DNA from: an uncultured Alphaproteobacteria bacterium
Lineage (GTDB): Bacteria > Pseudomonadota > Alphaproteobacteria > Rs-D84
Length of the DNA: 64,000 nucleotides
NCBI GenBank assembly: GCA_944389465.1
Contig: CALXML010000003.1
Span: forward strand, 20,369-84,368
Reading direction: 5' to 3'
Below the pieces are notes generated by a model. That model saw only the letters and a list, made by a program, of their open reading frames with translations. It did no database searches and had not been told where the DNA came from. Both the position numbers and the translations under genes were made by a program. This document shows, one piece after another, positions 8,683 to 18,133 of the stretch; position 1 is the stretch's first letter, and the number at the start of each line of letters is the position of its first letter.

Positions 8683-11229
8683 CTATGGCGAAGATACGGA
8701 TAATTTCCCGATTTGTATGAATGATTTTTCACTGGGTTCGGCACAAAATCCCCACTTGGTATTAGAACCTGTTTCGTCATAGAAATACTTAAATAACTTT
8801 TGACCGGTTTTATCGTGCAGGTCGTCGGGTGTTTGGTTTTCTGGGTCGGTGTTATTATATTTATCAACCCATTGTGTTGATACCCATGTCCCACCCAAAC
8901 GTTCGCATTCCGCAGATAATTGATTTGCCATATCCACACGCACAGTATCCATAACGATGTTAACGTCCTGTAATACACTTTCAGGTATTTTTGCACTGCT
9001 GCTGCCGGAAACGATGGCATCGTATTCCGATGGGCGCACACAGACCTGTGTTGCGTACTTTACCATTTTTTGATATAAACTGCCGATGTAATCGTCGCCA
9101 CAGTCTTGGTCAACTTCTATTCCCTCTTCACCGCCCTGTGGTGGTTGTGTGCCACCGGGGCATTGTGAATCGGCCGGACATGCCAAACACATATTTCCGG
9201 GGGTTGGATTGCCATTCGGTTTCCATACTCCTGTACCAACCTCTTTGGTTGCCATATAATAACCAACGTTACAGGACGTATACTTTTTATATGATGGGCA
9301 TGAATAACCCTTGGACGGTTGAGTGCCACTGCCGCCACCCGGATTTGTTGGGTTGGTTGTTTCAGACCATGTCTTTTGATTGCACCAGTAATTAGATGCG
9401 TATATTGCATCCCCCGGTGCATAAACGCGGCAACCATATGGATATGCATGTAATGTATCGTTGCTGGGGACGGTACACATATCTTGGGCAAAGGCTTCCA
9501 ACAGGGATTGACATTGGGCTTCCAGTTTTTGGTCGGTTATGTCATGCATTGCGGTCAGCAATAATTCCAAACCATTACCATTTGGGTCACCGTATAAATT
9601 ACTGCATGCGTATAATTTTTCTTCACATAATTCTTCGGATAATTCCAGACGGTTACCCAATAATAATTCTTCTTTTATATTACTGAAGTCTTTTAATGAT
9701 TCACTTTGTTCGTCATAACAAGAATTTACAACGTCCAAGCATTCGTTTTTCACAGTGCGGATTTTTTCCTGTTGACCCTGATATATTTCTACTATGGCCT
9801 GACGGACAAATTCATCCCAGACCTCGTCCGCGATGTCGCGACATGTTTCCAGACCGCGTTCTGCATATATACGTTTGTTATTTAATTCGGCAACAATCAT
9901 ACGGTTTGTTGCGTTGGTAAGTACATCGCCATCCAATGATATCTGGTTCCCCAATTCATAAAAGTCGCGGGAATATATCGGTTCGCCAGTGTCACGATTT
10001 AAATAAAGCCCCGTTATGTCCAAACAGTGAACGTAATCTTCGCCACAGGCGGTGTCCGCCGTTATATCGGCACGTACCTGTGCGATACAATCATTAATAG
10101 ATGTTGAATTGTGCGCGTTGTAATTTTCCAGTCTGGCAACGTTCATTTCACGTTCTGTTTCGCGAATACTGCTGTTTGCCTGAACCAATTGGGAATCCAG
10201 ATTATTTAATAACAATGAACAATCGTTTTCAATGTACATCCCATATGCAGAAACAACCATATCCAATGTTGATTGTGATGGACACTGTTCTGATATTAAA
10301 TCAACACACTGTGAATGAACGGCGTTGTACAGTGCTTCGCCAGTCAGGTTGGCTATGTTTTGCCCAGATGCCAAATCAGTTGTTGCCCAGATTTGATTTA
10401 TGTCGCCGGCAATGTCCAATGTGCCCAATGTAGATAAAGATTGACTTTTAGACGAAGATAAAACTTCGCGTATACCGGCCAATTGTTGGGATGATTCGGA
10501 TTTATCTTCGGTTATGGCCAATTCGCCTTCGCTGGCGGTTAACATGGCATTAACTTCTTCGGCCGTTTTGGGTATGACTTCTATGTTCAAATCGTGAAAG
10601 TCCTGTAATTGGCCAGATGCCTGTGACAGGGCGCGTTCGCGTTCCTGAATATCTGTTAATCTGGATGAACATATACAGCGACGATATGTATCATTTGCGG
10701 TTGCGCAAAATTGGTCCATACAGGTAAAGTATGCATTACGGCATTCGTTATATCCAGTTCCAAATGTGTTGGTCACAGTTGATGGTGCAACCGTTGTTGC
10801 ACGTGCCTGTGCGCGTGCACTGCGTGCGACATTGTTGGTGGTTGCACTTCTGGCGGGGGTGTTTGTACCACTGCGCACAACAGTGTTGTTTGATGCCGTG
10901 CGTGGGGATGTGGTTTGACCCTTGGCCGATGTGACCGCAGTGCGGGCCATTGTTGCGGCGCGTGATGTGCCACCCGATATGGCGTTTGTTCTGGATGTTG
11001 AATTTGTTGCAGAATTTCTGGTAACCGTGTTTGTGGATTCGCGTGTTGTGGTGGTTGGGCGATTACTGACCGTTGGGGATGTTATGCGACCCGTTCGCGC
11101 AATTACTGTTGATGCGTTTTCAGATGCAGATTGGTTATCACGGTTAATTACGTTTGTGCCACGAGATGCAGCGTCGGCATTTGCGATGCCGAAAAAACAC
11201 GCAATAATAAAGAGCAAAATGCTTCTCAT
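8683..11229 (-). CDS. Giant secreted Cys-rich protein, CMDQFC family (paralog 1, 848 aa)
   Basis: Signal peptide, then a ~140 aa S/T/R/N-rich low-complexity region, then the core motif ECRNAYFTCMDQFC (10705-10743) with RCICSS shortly after. Helical Cys-pair segments are shared with the three paralogs. The C-terminal part carries GYY/CxxCP repeats. Confidence 0.8.
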   Translation of the reverse strand: MRSILLFIIACFFGIANADAASRGTNVINRDNQSASENASTVIARTGRITSPTVSNRPTTTTRESTNTVTRNSATNSTSRTNAISGGTSRAATMARTAVTSAKGQTTSPRTASNNTVVRSGTNTPARSATTNNVARSARAQARATTVAPSTVTNTFGTGYNECRNAYFTCMDQFCATANDTYRRCICSSRLTDIQERERALSQASGQLQDFHDLNIEVIPKTAEEVNAMLTASEGELAITEDKSESSQQLAGIREVLSSSKSQSLSTLGTLDIAGDINQIWATTDLASGQNIANLTGEALYNAVHSQCVDLISEQCPSQSTLDMVVSAYGMYIENDCSLLLNNLDSQLVQANSSIRETEREMNVARLENYNAHNSTSINDCIAQVRADITADTACGEDYVHCLDITGLYLNRDTGEPIYSRDFYELGNQISLDGDVLTNATNRMIVAELNNKRIYAERGLETCRDIADEVWDEFVRQAIVEIYQGQQEKIRTVKNECLDVVNSCYDEQSESLKDFSNIKEELLLGNRLELSEELCEEKLYACSNLYGDPNGNGLELLLTAMHDITDQKLEAQCQSLLEAFAQDMCTVPSNDTLHAYPYGCRVYAPGDAIYASNYWCNQKTWSETTNPTNPGGGSGTQPSKGYSCPSYKKYTSCNVGYYMATKEVGTGVWKPNGNPTPGNMCLACPADSQCPGGTQPPQGGEEGIEVDQDCGDDYIGSLYQKMVKYATQVCVRPSEYDAIVSGSSSAKIPESVLQDVNIVMDTVRVDMANQLSAECERLGGTWVSTQWVDKYNNTDPENQTPDDLHDKTGQKLFKYFYDETGSNTKWGFCAEPSEKSFIQIGKLSVSSP

Positions 11230-11320
11230 CTATATTTTATATAATGATAACAAAAATATATTTTTATTAAAAGTAATATTTGTCAGAAATAAAAAAATAA
11301 AACCGTCGGATGACGGTTGT

Positions 11321-11569
11321 TTAATTGTTTGCGGTGTCGTTTGATGGGCGACTGCGTTCAACGAATGTTATGCGACCCTTGTCCAAATCATATGGGGTCA
11401 TTTCAACACGAACGTGTTCGCCAACGTTAACCCAAATGCGTGCCTTGCGCATTTTGCCGCACACAGTTGCCAATATTTCATGGCCGTTTTCCAGTTTTAC
11501 ACGAAACATTGTATTGGGTAATTTATCCTCTACAACACCATTAAAAACGATAACATCATCTTTTGCCAT
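11321..11569 (-). CDS. infA: Translation initiation factor IF-1
   Basis: [42 protein letters not shown] is a near-canonical IF-1 sequence. Confidence 0.97.
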   Translation of the reverse strand: MAKDDVIVFNGVVEDKLPNTMFRVKLENGHEILATVCGKMRKARIWVNVGEHVRVEMTPYDLDKGRITFVERSRPSNDTANN

Positions 11570-11712
11570 AAGGTTTCCTATGTTTTTACTTAAAATTTTT
11601 CTGGCATTTATAATATTCTTTTACAGAAAAAATTGCAAGTTGTTTTTATATGCTTGCACCATCGGCAGTGTTTTGATAAAATTATAATAATTACAGCGTA
11701 GGAAGGAATATA

Positions 11713-13893
11713 ATGAGATTAGGAATAATTTTTTCTTTGTTGTGCCTGATGCCGGAATTGGCGATGGCTGCAACCCGCGGGGATACATCTGTTCGTGTCG
11801 GTGTGAACAGAATGGCACAGGCTGGCTTGCATTCTGCCAATATGTCGGTTGATGTGTCTGATGGTGGTGGAAATAAAGTATCCAATTCTATGCCTACGTT
11901 GAATGTTAACCCCGGTGTTTCTGGTTCTGGGGAAAATACCACGCCGGATGTCAGTGGAACAACAAATAATACCGGTAATACCAATAATACGGAACAAACG
12001 CCGGTTGCAAACAGTGAAAATTGTCGTGATGCGTATCGTGCATGTATGGACCAATTTTGTTTGCTGGATGAATCCGAGGGCAGTCGCTGTGCCTGTTCAT
12101 CAAATATAAATCAATCAAAATCACTTATCCAAGAAATCCAAGAAATCCAAGAAGAGGCAGATATTCTGTATACCGAGGGTGTAGAACGCGAACAAATGGG
12201 GGCACAGGCTAAATTAGTCTTTGGTGAAAGCGAGGCCGCGCAAAAAAGTTCCCGTATATCTGGTATTAATTTTGCAGAATGGATAAGCAGCGGAACCGAA
12301 GAAGATGTCAGTTTGGGTTCTGACAGTGATATAGGTGACCCATTGTATGCAATGGCGGCGGAATATTGCGCATCTGAATTAGAGGCCTGTGGCGACAAGG
12401 CCGAAATGGAAGAGGTTTTATACGCACGTATGATTGTGCAGGATTGTAAAACATTTGAATCTTATTTGAATGACCAGAAAACCATTGCGGAGCAAAACAA
12501 ACGCACGGCCGAGGCTGCTGTCCGTCAGGCGCGTTTGGAAATGTTGGATACCACAAATAAATATAATCGTGGTGAATGCTTGTTGGCGTATCGTTCATGT
12601 ATCGCGGACAAGGGTGGTTGTGGTGTAAATTTTGAAAATTGTTTGGATGCTGATTTGTTGCAACGTCGTGCAAATGCGTGCGAAAATGTTTTGGACCAAT
12701 GTATGGCGGTGCGTGAATATGTTTTGCAAGATTGGCAGGACGAAGCAGTCAGTATTTTGGCTGATGCTGCAAAATATGCTGACAGAAATGCGCGTGCAAC
12801 CTGTTTGGCGCGAATCCAATTATGTTTGGAAGATGGTTGTTCCACGGAAACCAATTCTGCATGCTTAACAGATGTTAATGTTGCGGCCGGTGTTTGTCCG
12901 GTTATTGACGAATGTGAGGCGATGATTCCGGGGATTAAATCGGTTGTAAATGATAAATTGGGATATTTGCGTACTCAATTCTGTCAAAATGATGTTGATG
13001 CATGTTTACGTGACAGATGTGGTGAAAACTTTACCGCGCCGGAATGCGTTGGTAAAAGTGCGCTGGAAATTGCCGAATTGTGTCCACAGGATATGTTCCC
13101 ATCGTGCAAAAATGAAACACAATTTGATATTATTGTTCAGGCCGCCATGCTGCAAATGGATTATCAAATGTTACAGGGATGCTTGAACTATTTCAGTGAA
13201 CAATTGGGTGCAGTTTGCGGAACGGATATGTCGTGTTTACCAACCGATACACAAATTGCATCATTGACCAGTGTGCCAGAGGAGCAGGAAGATTTGGCCG
13301 CATTGCGTGAAAGTGTTTTGGCAAATACCGAGGCCGCCGTTGATGAATTTTTTGAACAGTTTGAACAGGACAAAACCGTTGCTGCATGTCAGGACAGTCA
13401 AAAGCCGGCCGACCGCAGCAGTTTGGGCGACAGCGTATTTAATACTGCAAAAATGATTGCACAGATTAATGCTGAAAATCGTTCTATGCGTGAATTGGAA
13501 TCCAAAATTGCGGAACTGTCACGTCAACAGGATTTAGAAGAAGCAGAAGCAAACTGTTATAAATTGTATCAGGTTGAAACACCGGATGAATCTGATAAAA
13601 ATTACAGTTACATCCGCAGTGTTGTGTTTGAACCAGCCCTGCGTAATTGCCATGTTTGCCGTATGCAACAGGTTTGCGAGGTTGGTGGCCAGTCCAAGGG
13701 TGCGGCCGGTGTTCAGGGTGCAGCCGGTGGTTTGGCCGCGGGTGCATCTGCCGGTACAATGGTGTCACCGGGGTGGGGTACTGCAATTGGTGCGGTCGTT
13801 GGTGCGGTTGGCGGATTCTTTGCAGGACGCAGTGCCGGTGGCGAACAAGAATTTTGTCAGGAAATAGAAAGTTGCGAGGATATTAATATGTAA
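11713..13893 (+). CDS. Giant secreted Cys-rich protein, CMDQFC family (paralog 2, 726 aa) with a C-terminal Gly/Ala-rich hydrophobic segment
   Basis: Signal peptide; core NCRDAYRACMDQFC at 12022-12060; shared segments (CENVLDQCMAVREYV etc.) with the 835-aa paralog; ends ...FCQEIESCEDINM. Confidence 0.8.
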   Translation: MRLGIIFSLLCLMPELAMAATRGDTSVRVGVNRMAQAGLHSANMSVDVSDGGGNKVSNSMPTLNVNPGVSGSGENTTPDVSGTTNNTGNTNNTEQTPVANSENCRDAYRACMDQFCLLDESEGSRCACSSNINQSKSLIQEIQEIQEEADILYTEGVEREQMGAQAKLVFGESEAAQKSSRISGINFAEWISSGTEEDVSLGSDSDIGDPLYAMAAEYCASELEACGDKAEMEEVLYARMIVQDCKTFESYLNDQKTIAEQNKRTAEAAVRQARLEMLDTTNKYNRGECLLAYRSCIADKGGCGVNFENCLDADLLQRRANACENVLDQCMAVREYVLQDWQDEAVSILADAAKYADRNARATCLARIQLCLEDGCSTETNSACLTDVNVAAGVCPVIDECEAMIPGIKSVVNDKLGYLRTQFCQNDVDACLRDRCGENFTAPECVGKSALEIAELCPQDMFPSCKNETQFDIIVQAAMLQMDYQMLQGCLNYFSEQLGAVCGTDMSCLPTDTQIASLTSVPEEQEDLAALRESVLANTEAAVDEFFEQFEQDKTVAACQDSQKPADRSSLGDSVFNTAKMIAQINAENRSMRELESKIAELSRQQDLEEAEANCYKLYQVETPDESDKNYSYIRSVVFEPALRNCHVCRMQQVCEVGGQSKGAAGVQGAAGGLAAGASAGTMVSPGWGTAIGAVVGAVGGFFAGRSAGGEQEFCQEIESCEDINM

Positions 13894-13895
13894 CC

Positions 13896-13925
13896 ACGGG
13901 GGATTTTCCCCCTGTGGACATTTTT
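13896..13925 (+). terminator. Weak hairpin / partial terminator between paralogs 2 and 3
   Basis: CCACGGGGGA-tttt-CCCCCTGTGG (one bulge) followed by a T-rich tract. Confidence 0.4.
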
Positions 13926-13953
13926 GCATTTTATGTAATCTGGAGAGAGCATA

Positions 13954-16461
13954 ATGAAAATAAAGTACATAATTGGTTCTGTTGTTGGATTGGCGGCGTT
14001 GGTGGTGGCACTGGATTCATATGGGTTAACCACGTCCAGTTCAAAACGTCAATCTGCGATACAGCAGGGGACAACCGTCCGTACCAAGGTAGAGGCAACC
14101 GGATTATATGACCAAGCATGTTATGATGCTTATTTTGGTTGTATGGACCAATTTTGTATAACTGATAATGCCAGTGGTGGTGCGTGTAACTGCAGCGATA
14201 CTGTTTTGGAATATAACGAAGAATTGGCGTCTATTGAAAGTATTTTGGACGAAGCAAATCGTCTGCGCACAGAAGAGATTGAACGTGTCAAGGCTGGTGC
14301 AGATGCTGATATTATTTTTACTGGGGAACGTCGCTATGACGCAGATGGCAATATTCTGGCCGAAGACGAATTAACCGAAGAAGAGGAAAAAGAAAAACGG
14401 CGTGCAGATTTATTGGCGATATTTAATACCAGCATATATTCCGAAGACCCCTTTGAAGAACAAAGTACTGTTGGCAGTATGGCTGATATGATGGGGGCGG
14501 AATTGTATAATGCTGCAAATGAATTATGTATGGCACAGGTGCCGGATTCTTGCGCGGGGGATATTGCTTTTCTGCAACAATTATATTCACGTCAAATAAC
14601 ATCTGATTGTTTGGGGTATAAAAATTCACTGGCCCAGCAACGCGCAAATGCAGAAAATGAATTGGCCGCCGCTGAATCCGAAGTGCGCACCGCATTAAAG
14701 GAGAGTTTTGAAAGTGCCAACAAATATGATTTGGGCCAATGTATGGTTGAATTTAGAAATTGTATGCAGACAGAAGATGCCTGTGGCGAAGATTGGGAAA
14801 ATTGCGTGATGACCGTCGCGTCTGAAAATATGCAGAATAACGAGGCCACCAGTACCGCTGGCACAACGGTTGAAACTGTTGATACATATGATATAACGGC
14901 GTCAACAATGGAAATGTTAAACGCCAAACGTCCAATTTGTGAAAATGTTTTGGACCAATGTGTGGCGGTGCGTGACCAAGTGTGGCCTAATTTCCTGCGC
15001 GAAGCCGCCCCAACAATCAAGGTGGCGGAAAGTATTGTTGAATCAAAATTCCGTCAATCGTGTTTAACTGATATTTCTGAATGTATTCAAACAGCGTGTC
15101 GTGATGATATCGCAGGCAAGGGCGTTGCCACAATGGACGCCTGTTTGTCGCGTCCGGAAATGGCACGCAGTTTTTGCAAGGTTGAAATTGACCCCTGTGA
15201 ACGTATGGAACCACTGATTTGGGGGTATGTAGAAGATAAGTTGGCCGCAATGCGTGTTGATGCCTGTACACAAGAGGTCAAAGATTGCTTTACGGCCGAT
15301 ACCCGCTGTGGGCCAAACTTTGAAAACTGTATCGGTATGGATTATGAATATATCCATGATATTTGCCCGATTGACAGTTTGGTTGTGTGCAAGGCGAATA
15401 ATCCTGCATTTTCCATGGATGATTTGGATGATATGCTGATGGGATTATATTTGAATATTGATAATGCCATGATGGAACAGTGCCAGAATATTGTGGATAA
15501 GAAAATGGCCGAGGTTTGTGGCAGTACATCGGATTGTAACCGTTTCGCAGCCGATGATACAATTGGTACTGGGTCTTTGCGCAGTCAAAAGGATGGCACA
15601 ACATACCGTGTTACGGGTATGATATCTTTTGGCAGCCTTAAGATGGGTGACAGTGATGGCGAAACTGTTTCTGATGGTGATGGTGGTACAATGCGAATTG
15701 GCCCCGGTGAAATCGCAATTGGTGATTATTTGGAAAAAATCCGCGAACGTAATGCCGGTGTTGATAATGCCGAAGGGATAATTTCTTCTATTGAAGAAGA
15801 ATTGAACAATATTGCGGGGACTATTAATCGCACTATTGAAATGATTGAACAAGACCCTGAAATTCAATACTGTGTTAATGGGCGTGATTTGTCGCAAATT
15901 ACCGGTGATGCAGGCGATAAAACCAGTGGGCGTTTCCCGAACCTGTTAAATCAGGTTAAAATGCAAATTGCTGTTTCTGCATTGCGACAGGCACAGGATA
16001 ATTATAACAATAAATTAAATCACGAAATTGCCGAAGCCACCAAAAATGCATCTGCTGATTTGGCGCAATATATGTGCCAGAAAATTGCTGAAAATGGTGG
16101 GGCAGGTGGCGGTGATATAAATGCGTCAACACCGTTGGCCGCGCCATATGCAATCAGTTACGATGTGGGGTCGGGGCTGACAACCGAAGATTTGGCATCC
16201 GGTGGTGCGGGCGTTCTGCAGGCGGATGGTGTGACATTTACGAACAGTGGCTATCTGGGCGGGTCCAGTTTTAATGGGGGCGGTATGACCAAAACTGTGC
16301 GTGCAATATTCAGCCGTGAAACCAGAACATGTCATATCTGTACACAAACTGTTACCCAGAATTGTAAAACCACGGGCAGCAGCAGTTGGTTCCACAACAG
16401 CAGAAATACCAGCTGTACGACCGAGGCATCAGACGAGGTTTGTGAAGACATCGTGATGTAA
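13954..16461 (+). CDS. Giant secreted Cys-rich protein, CMDQFC family (paralog 3, 835 aa)
   Basis: RBS GGAGAG; N-terminal hydrophobic signal; core ACYDAYFGCMDQFC at 14119-14157; ends ...EVCEDIVM. Confidence 0.8.
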   Translation: MKIKYIIGSVVGLAALVVALDSYGLTTSSSKRQSAIQQGTTVRTKVEATGLYDQACYDAYFGCMDQFCITDNASGGACNCSDTVLEYNEELASIESILDEANRLRTEEIERVKAGADADIIFTGERRYDADGNILAEDELTEEEEKEKRRADLLAIFNTSIYSEDPFEEQSTVGSMADMMGAELYNAANELCMAQVPDSCAGDIAFLQQLYSRQITSDCLGYKNSLAQQRANAENELAAAESEVRTALKESFESANKYDLGQCMVEFRNCMQTEDACGEDWENCVMTVASENMQNNEATSTAGTTVETVDTYDITASTMEMLNAKRPICENVLDQCVAVRDQVWPNFLREAAPTIKVAESIVESKFRQSCLTDISECIQTACRDDIAGKGVATMDACLSRPEMARSFCKVEIDPCERMEPLIWGYVEDKLAAMRVDACTQEVKDCFTADTRCGPNFENCIGMDYEYIHDICPIDSLVVCKANNPAFSMDDLDDMLMGLYLNIDNAMMEQCQNIVDKKMAEVCGSTSDCNRFAADDTIGTGSLRSQKDGTTYRVTGMISFGSLKMGDSDGETVSDGDGGTMRIGPGEIAIGDYLEKIRERNAGVDNAEGIISSIEEELNNIAGTINRTIEMIEQDPEIQYCVNGRDLSQITGDAGDKTSGRFPNLLNQVKMQIAVSALRQAQDNYNNKLNHEIAEATKNASADLAQYMCQKIAENGGAGGGDINASTPLAAPYAISYDVGSGLTTEDLASGGAGVLQADGVTFTNSGYLGGSSFNGGGMTKTVRAIFSRETRTCHICTQTVTQNCKTTGSSSWFHNSRNTSCTTEASDEVCEDIVM

Positions 16462-16468
16462 AAAAACA

Positions 16469-16496
16469 AAAGCCCGCGATTTTCGCGGGTTTTTTG
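16469..16496 (+). terminator. Intrinsic terminator
   Basis: CCCGCGA-tttt-CGCGGG followed by T6. Confidence 0.8.
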
Positions 16497-16573
16497 TTAA
16501 AAATAAATTCCTAGACATTTTATGAAATAAATGTGATATTATATGTACGTAAACGAACAAAAGGGGTAAACAT

Positions 16574-16948
16574 ATGAAAAAAATTTCCATTATGGCGGCT
16601 GTTTGCGCATTGGTTGGCGGCGCGGCAATGGCGGATTTTAAACCTAATACACCACAGGCACCAATGGGCGGTGGCTTTGTTGGTGGTAACGAAACAATTG
16701 CCAGTGTAAAACAGGTAAAGGAAATGCGTGATGATGTTCCTGTTATTGTTCAGGGCAAAATTTTGCAACGTATGGGTGGTGACAAATATCTGTTTGAAGA
16801 TGCAACAGATTCCATTACTGTTGAAATAGATGACGAAGATTGGCGTGGTCAAACAGTAACACCGAATGATACCGTCAAATTGTATGGCGAGGTTGATTCC
16901 GGTCTGTTCAAAACAGAAATTGATGTTGATTACGTTGAAAAGTTGTAA
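16574..16948 (+). CDS. YgiW/YdeI-family periplasmic OB-fold (BOF) protein
   Basis: Signal peptide. The pattern ...VKQVKEMRDDVPVIVQGKILQRMGGDKYLFEDATDSITVEIDDEDW...VKLYGEVD...EIDVDYVEKL matches the YgiW family layout. Confidence 0.75.
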   Translation: MKKISIMAAVCALVGGAAMADFKPNTPQAPMGGGFVGGNETIASVKQVKEMRDDVPVIVQGKILQRMGGDKYLFEDATDSITVEIDDEDWRGQTVTPNDTVKLYGEVDSGLFKTEIDVDYVEKL

Positions 16949-16949
16949 T

Positions 16950-16978
16950 AAAAATCCCGCAAATGCGGGATTTTTTTT
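16950..16978. terminator. Bidirectional terminator
   Basis: A5-TCCCGC-aaat-GCGGGA-T8. Confidence 0.8.
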
Positions 16979-16998
16979 ATGGCACGGGCTTTGCCAGC

Positions 16999-17379
16999 TT
17001 ATTCAATCGGACGTACAATTTGTCCGTCGCCTGTAACGGGAAAACCACCGGAAATACTGTCAGTCATTGGACATGCATTGGTAAAAACGTATGAACCAGT
17101 CCGGTCGCTGTATCTGGTATTTGCCGGTGCATACATTATGCATGAACCCGACGGGTTTGATACCAGACAACTGTCCGCAGTACCGGCGGATACATATCCA
17201 GTGGGACATGCACTGTCCGCAATTGTCATATATTCTTCCTCTATTGCTATATAGCCATCCGGACAAGATGTAGATGGTGTAATTATCGCCTGTACTGGCG
17301 GTCCGATAATAACACCTCCATCCAGTGCAAATGCCGACACAGGAAAACACAATATTAATAAAATCAATATTCGTTTCAT
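16999..17379 (-). CDS. P2-family small secreted Cys protein (copy a, with a C-terminal extension)
   Basis: Start at MKRILILLIL (RBS GGAG). Conserved core TSCPDGYIAIEEEYMTIADSACPTGYVSAGTADSCLVSNPSGSCIMYAP shared with 20415..20693 and 37541..37822. Confidence 0.75.
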   Translation of the reverse strand: MKRILILLILCFPVSAFALDGGVIIGPPVQAIITPSTSCPDGYIAIEEEYMTIADSACPTGYVSAGTADSCLVSNPSGSCIMYAPANTRYSDRTGSYVFTNACPMTDSISGGFPVTGDGQIVRPIE

Positions 17380-17390
17380 CGCAATCTCCA

Positions 17391-17837
17391 TTAGTCAGAT
17401 AAATTGGAAAATAATGCATTCCTAATGGTATTATCAACACCACCGCATACTCTGGCACACTGGTTTATACACGCAGCATAAGTTGTTGATGAACTATAAG
17501 GCGGCCTAACCCATTGCGAAACTGCCGGACTTATCATTTTACACCAACAGTATTTATTAGAACTTGTGATTGATGAATTAACACTTATGTTTTCTAATAC
17601 ATCGCCTGCTTGGCCTTCATTCGCGGCACATACACCGACACCGACCAAATCAACAGTTGTTGTTCCTGTATTACACGTTGCATACCAGTCAATTGCGCCA
17701 CCAGTTCCTAGACTGATAGCGGTATTATTTTCGCATGAAACAATATTGTCCCCAAATGCCACACATTTGGTGACGGCAATGGCCGGTGGGATTGTGGCCA
17801 CACAAATCAGGCCGGCAATTAATAAATGTTTTTTCAT
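17391..17837 (-). CDS. P1-family small secreted Cys protein (copy a)
   Basis: Start at MKKHLLIAGLICVATIPPAIA (RBS GGAGA). Conserved NKYCWCKMISPAVSQWV and C-terminal FSNLSD. Paralogs at 19984..20400 and 37837..38289. Confidence 0.75.
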   Translation of the reverse strand: MKKHLLIAGLICVATIPPAIAVTKCVAFGDNIVSCENNTAISLGTGGAIDWYATCNTGTTTVDLVGVGVCAANEGQAGDVLENISVNSSITSSNKYCWCKMISPAVSQWVRPPYSSSTTYAACINQCARVCGGVDNTIRNALFSNLSD

Positions 17838-18046
17838 ATTCTTATCTCCATTTTCTTTTGTTTTTGAATAAAGAAAAACCACCAGAAATATTCAGGTGGT
17901 TGGAGTTTAAGAACAATCCAATAAATTGCGTGTTTTATTCTGTATATTCAACACACTCCAACCATTATGGTTGGATTAGTTTTTCGTCCGTATCACAGAC
18001 GTATTGGATGGGTTCTTAAGCCCAATATGTGAACACCACATATCGC
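17838..18046 (-). promoter_or_regulatory. Type-1 structured 5' leader, copy A (subtype II), upstream of P1a/P2a
   Basis: Promoter TTGATT (18079-18074), 16-nt spacer, TAATAA (18057-18052). Helices: TTAAGAAC/GTTCTTAA, TCCAACC/GGTTGGA, GTGTGTT/AACACGC, CAAT/ATTG. Terminator CCACC/GGTGG plus a U-run (17874-17899). Confidence 0.65.
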
Positions 18047-18133
18047 TTTTATTATTATCACAGACTGTAAATAAATCAACGATAAAATCATTTATTGGCG
18101 TTGGGCAATATTATTTGTATAATACCCCATAAT

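Noticed and set aside
16979-17254. Plus-strand ORFs 16979..17254, 31332..31607 and 37509..37736 sharing '...GAYIMHE...'
   Set aside because: They are antisense shadows of the conserved P2 genes or remnant (SCIMYAP on the minus strand). They have no start signals and the real genes have RBS and signal peptides.
17838-18046. T-box, or RAT (BglG/SacY-type antiterminator target), identity for the type-1 leader
   Set aside because: There is no specifier loop or T-box consensus, and the leader is not upstream of aminoacyl-tRNA-related genes. A GGATTGTT.. similarity to RAT occurs in only one copy.
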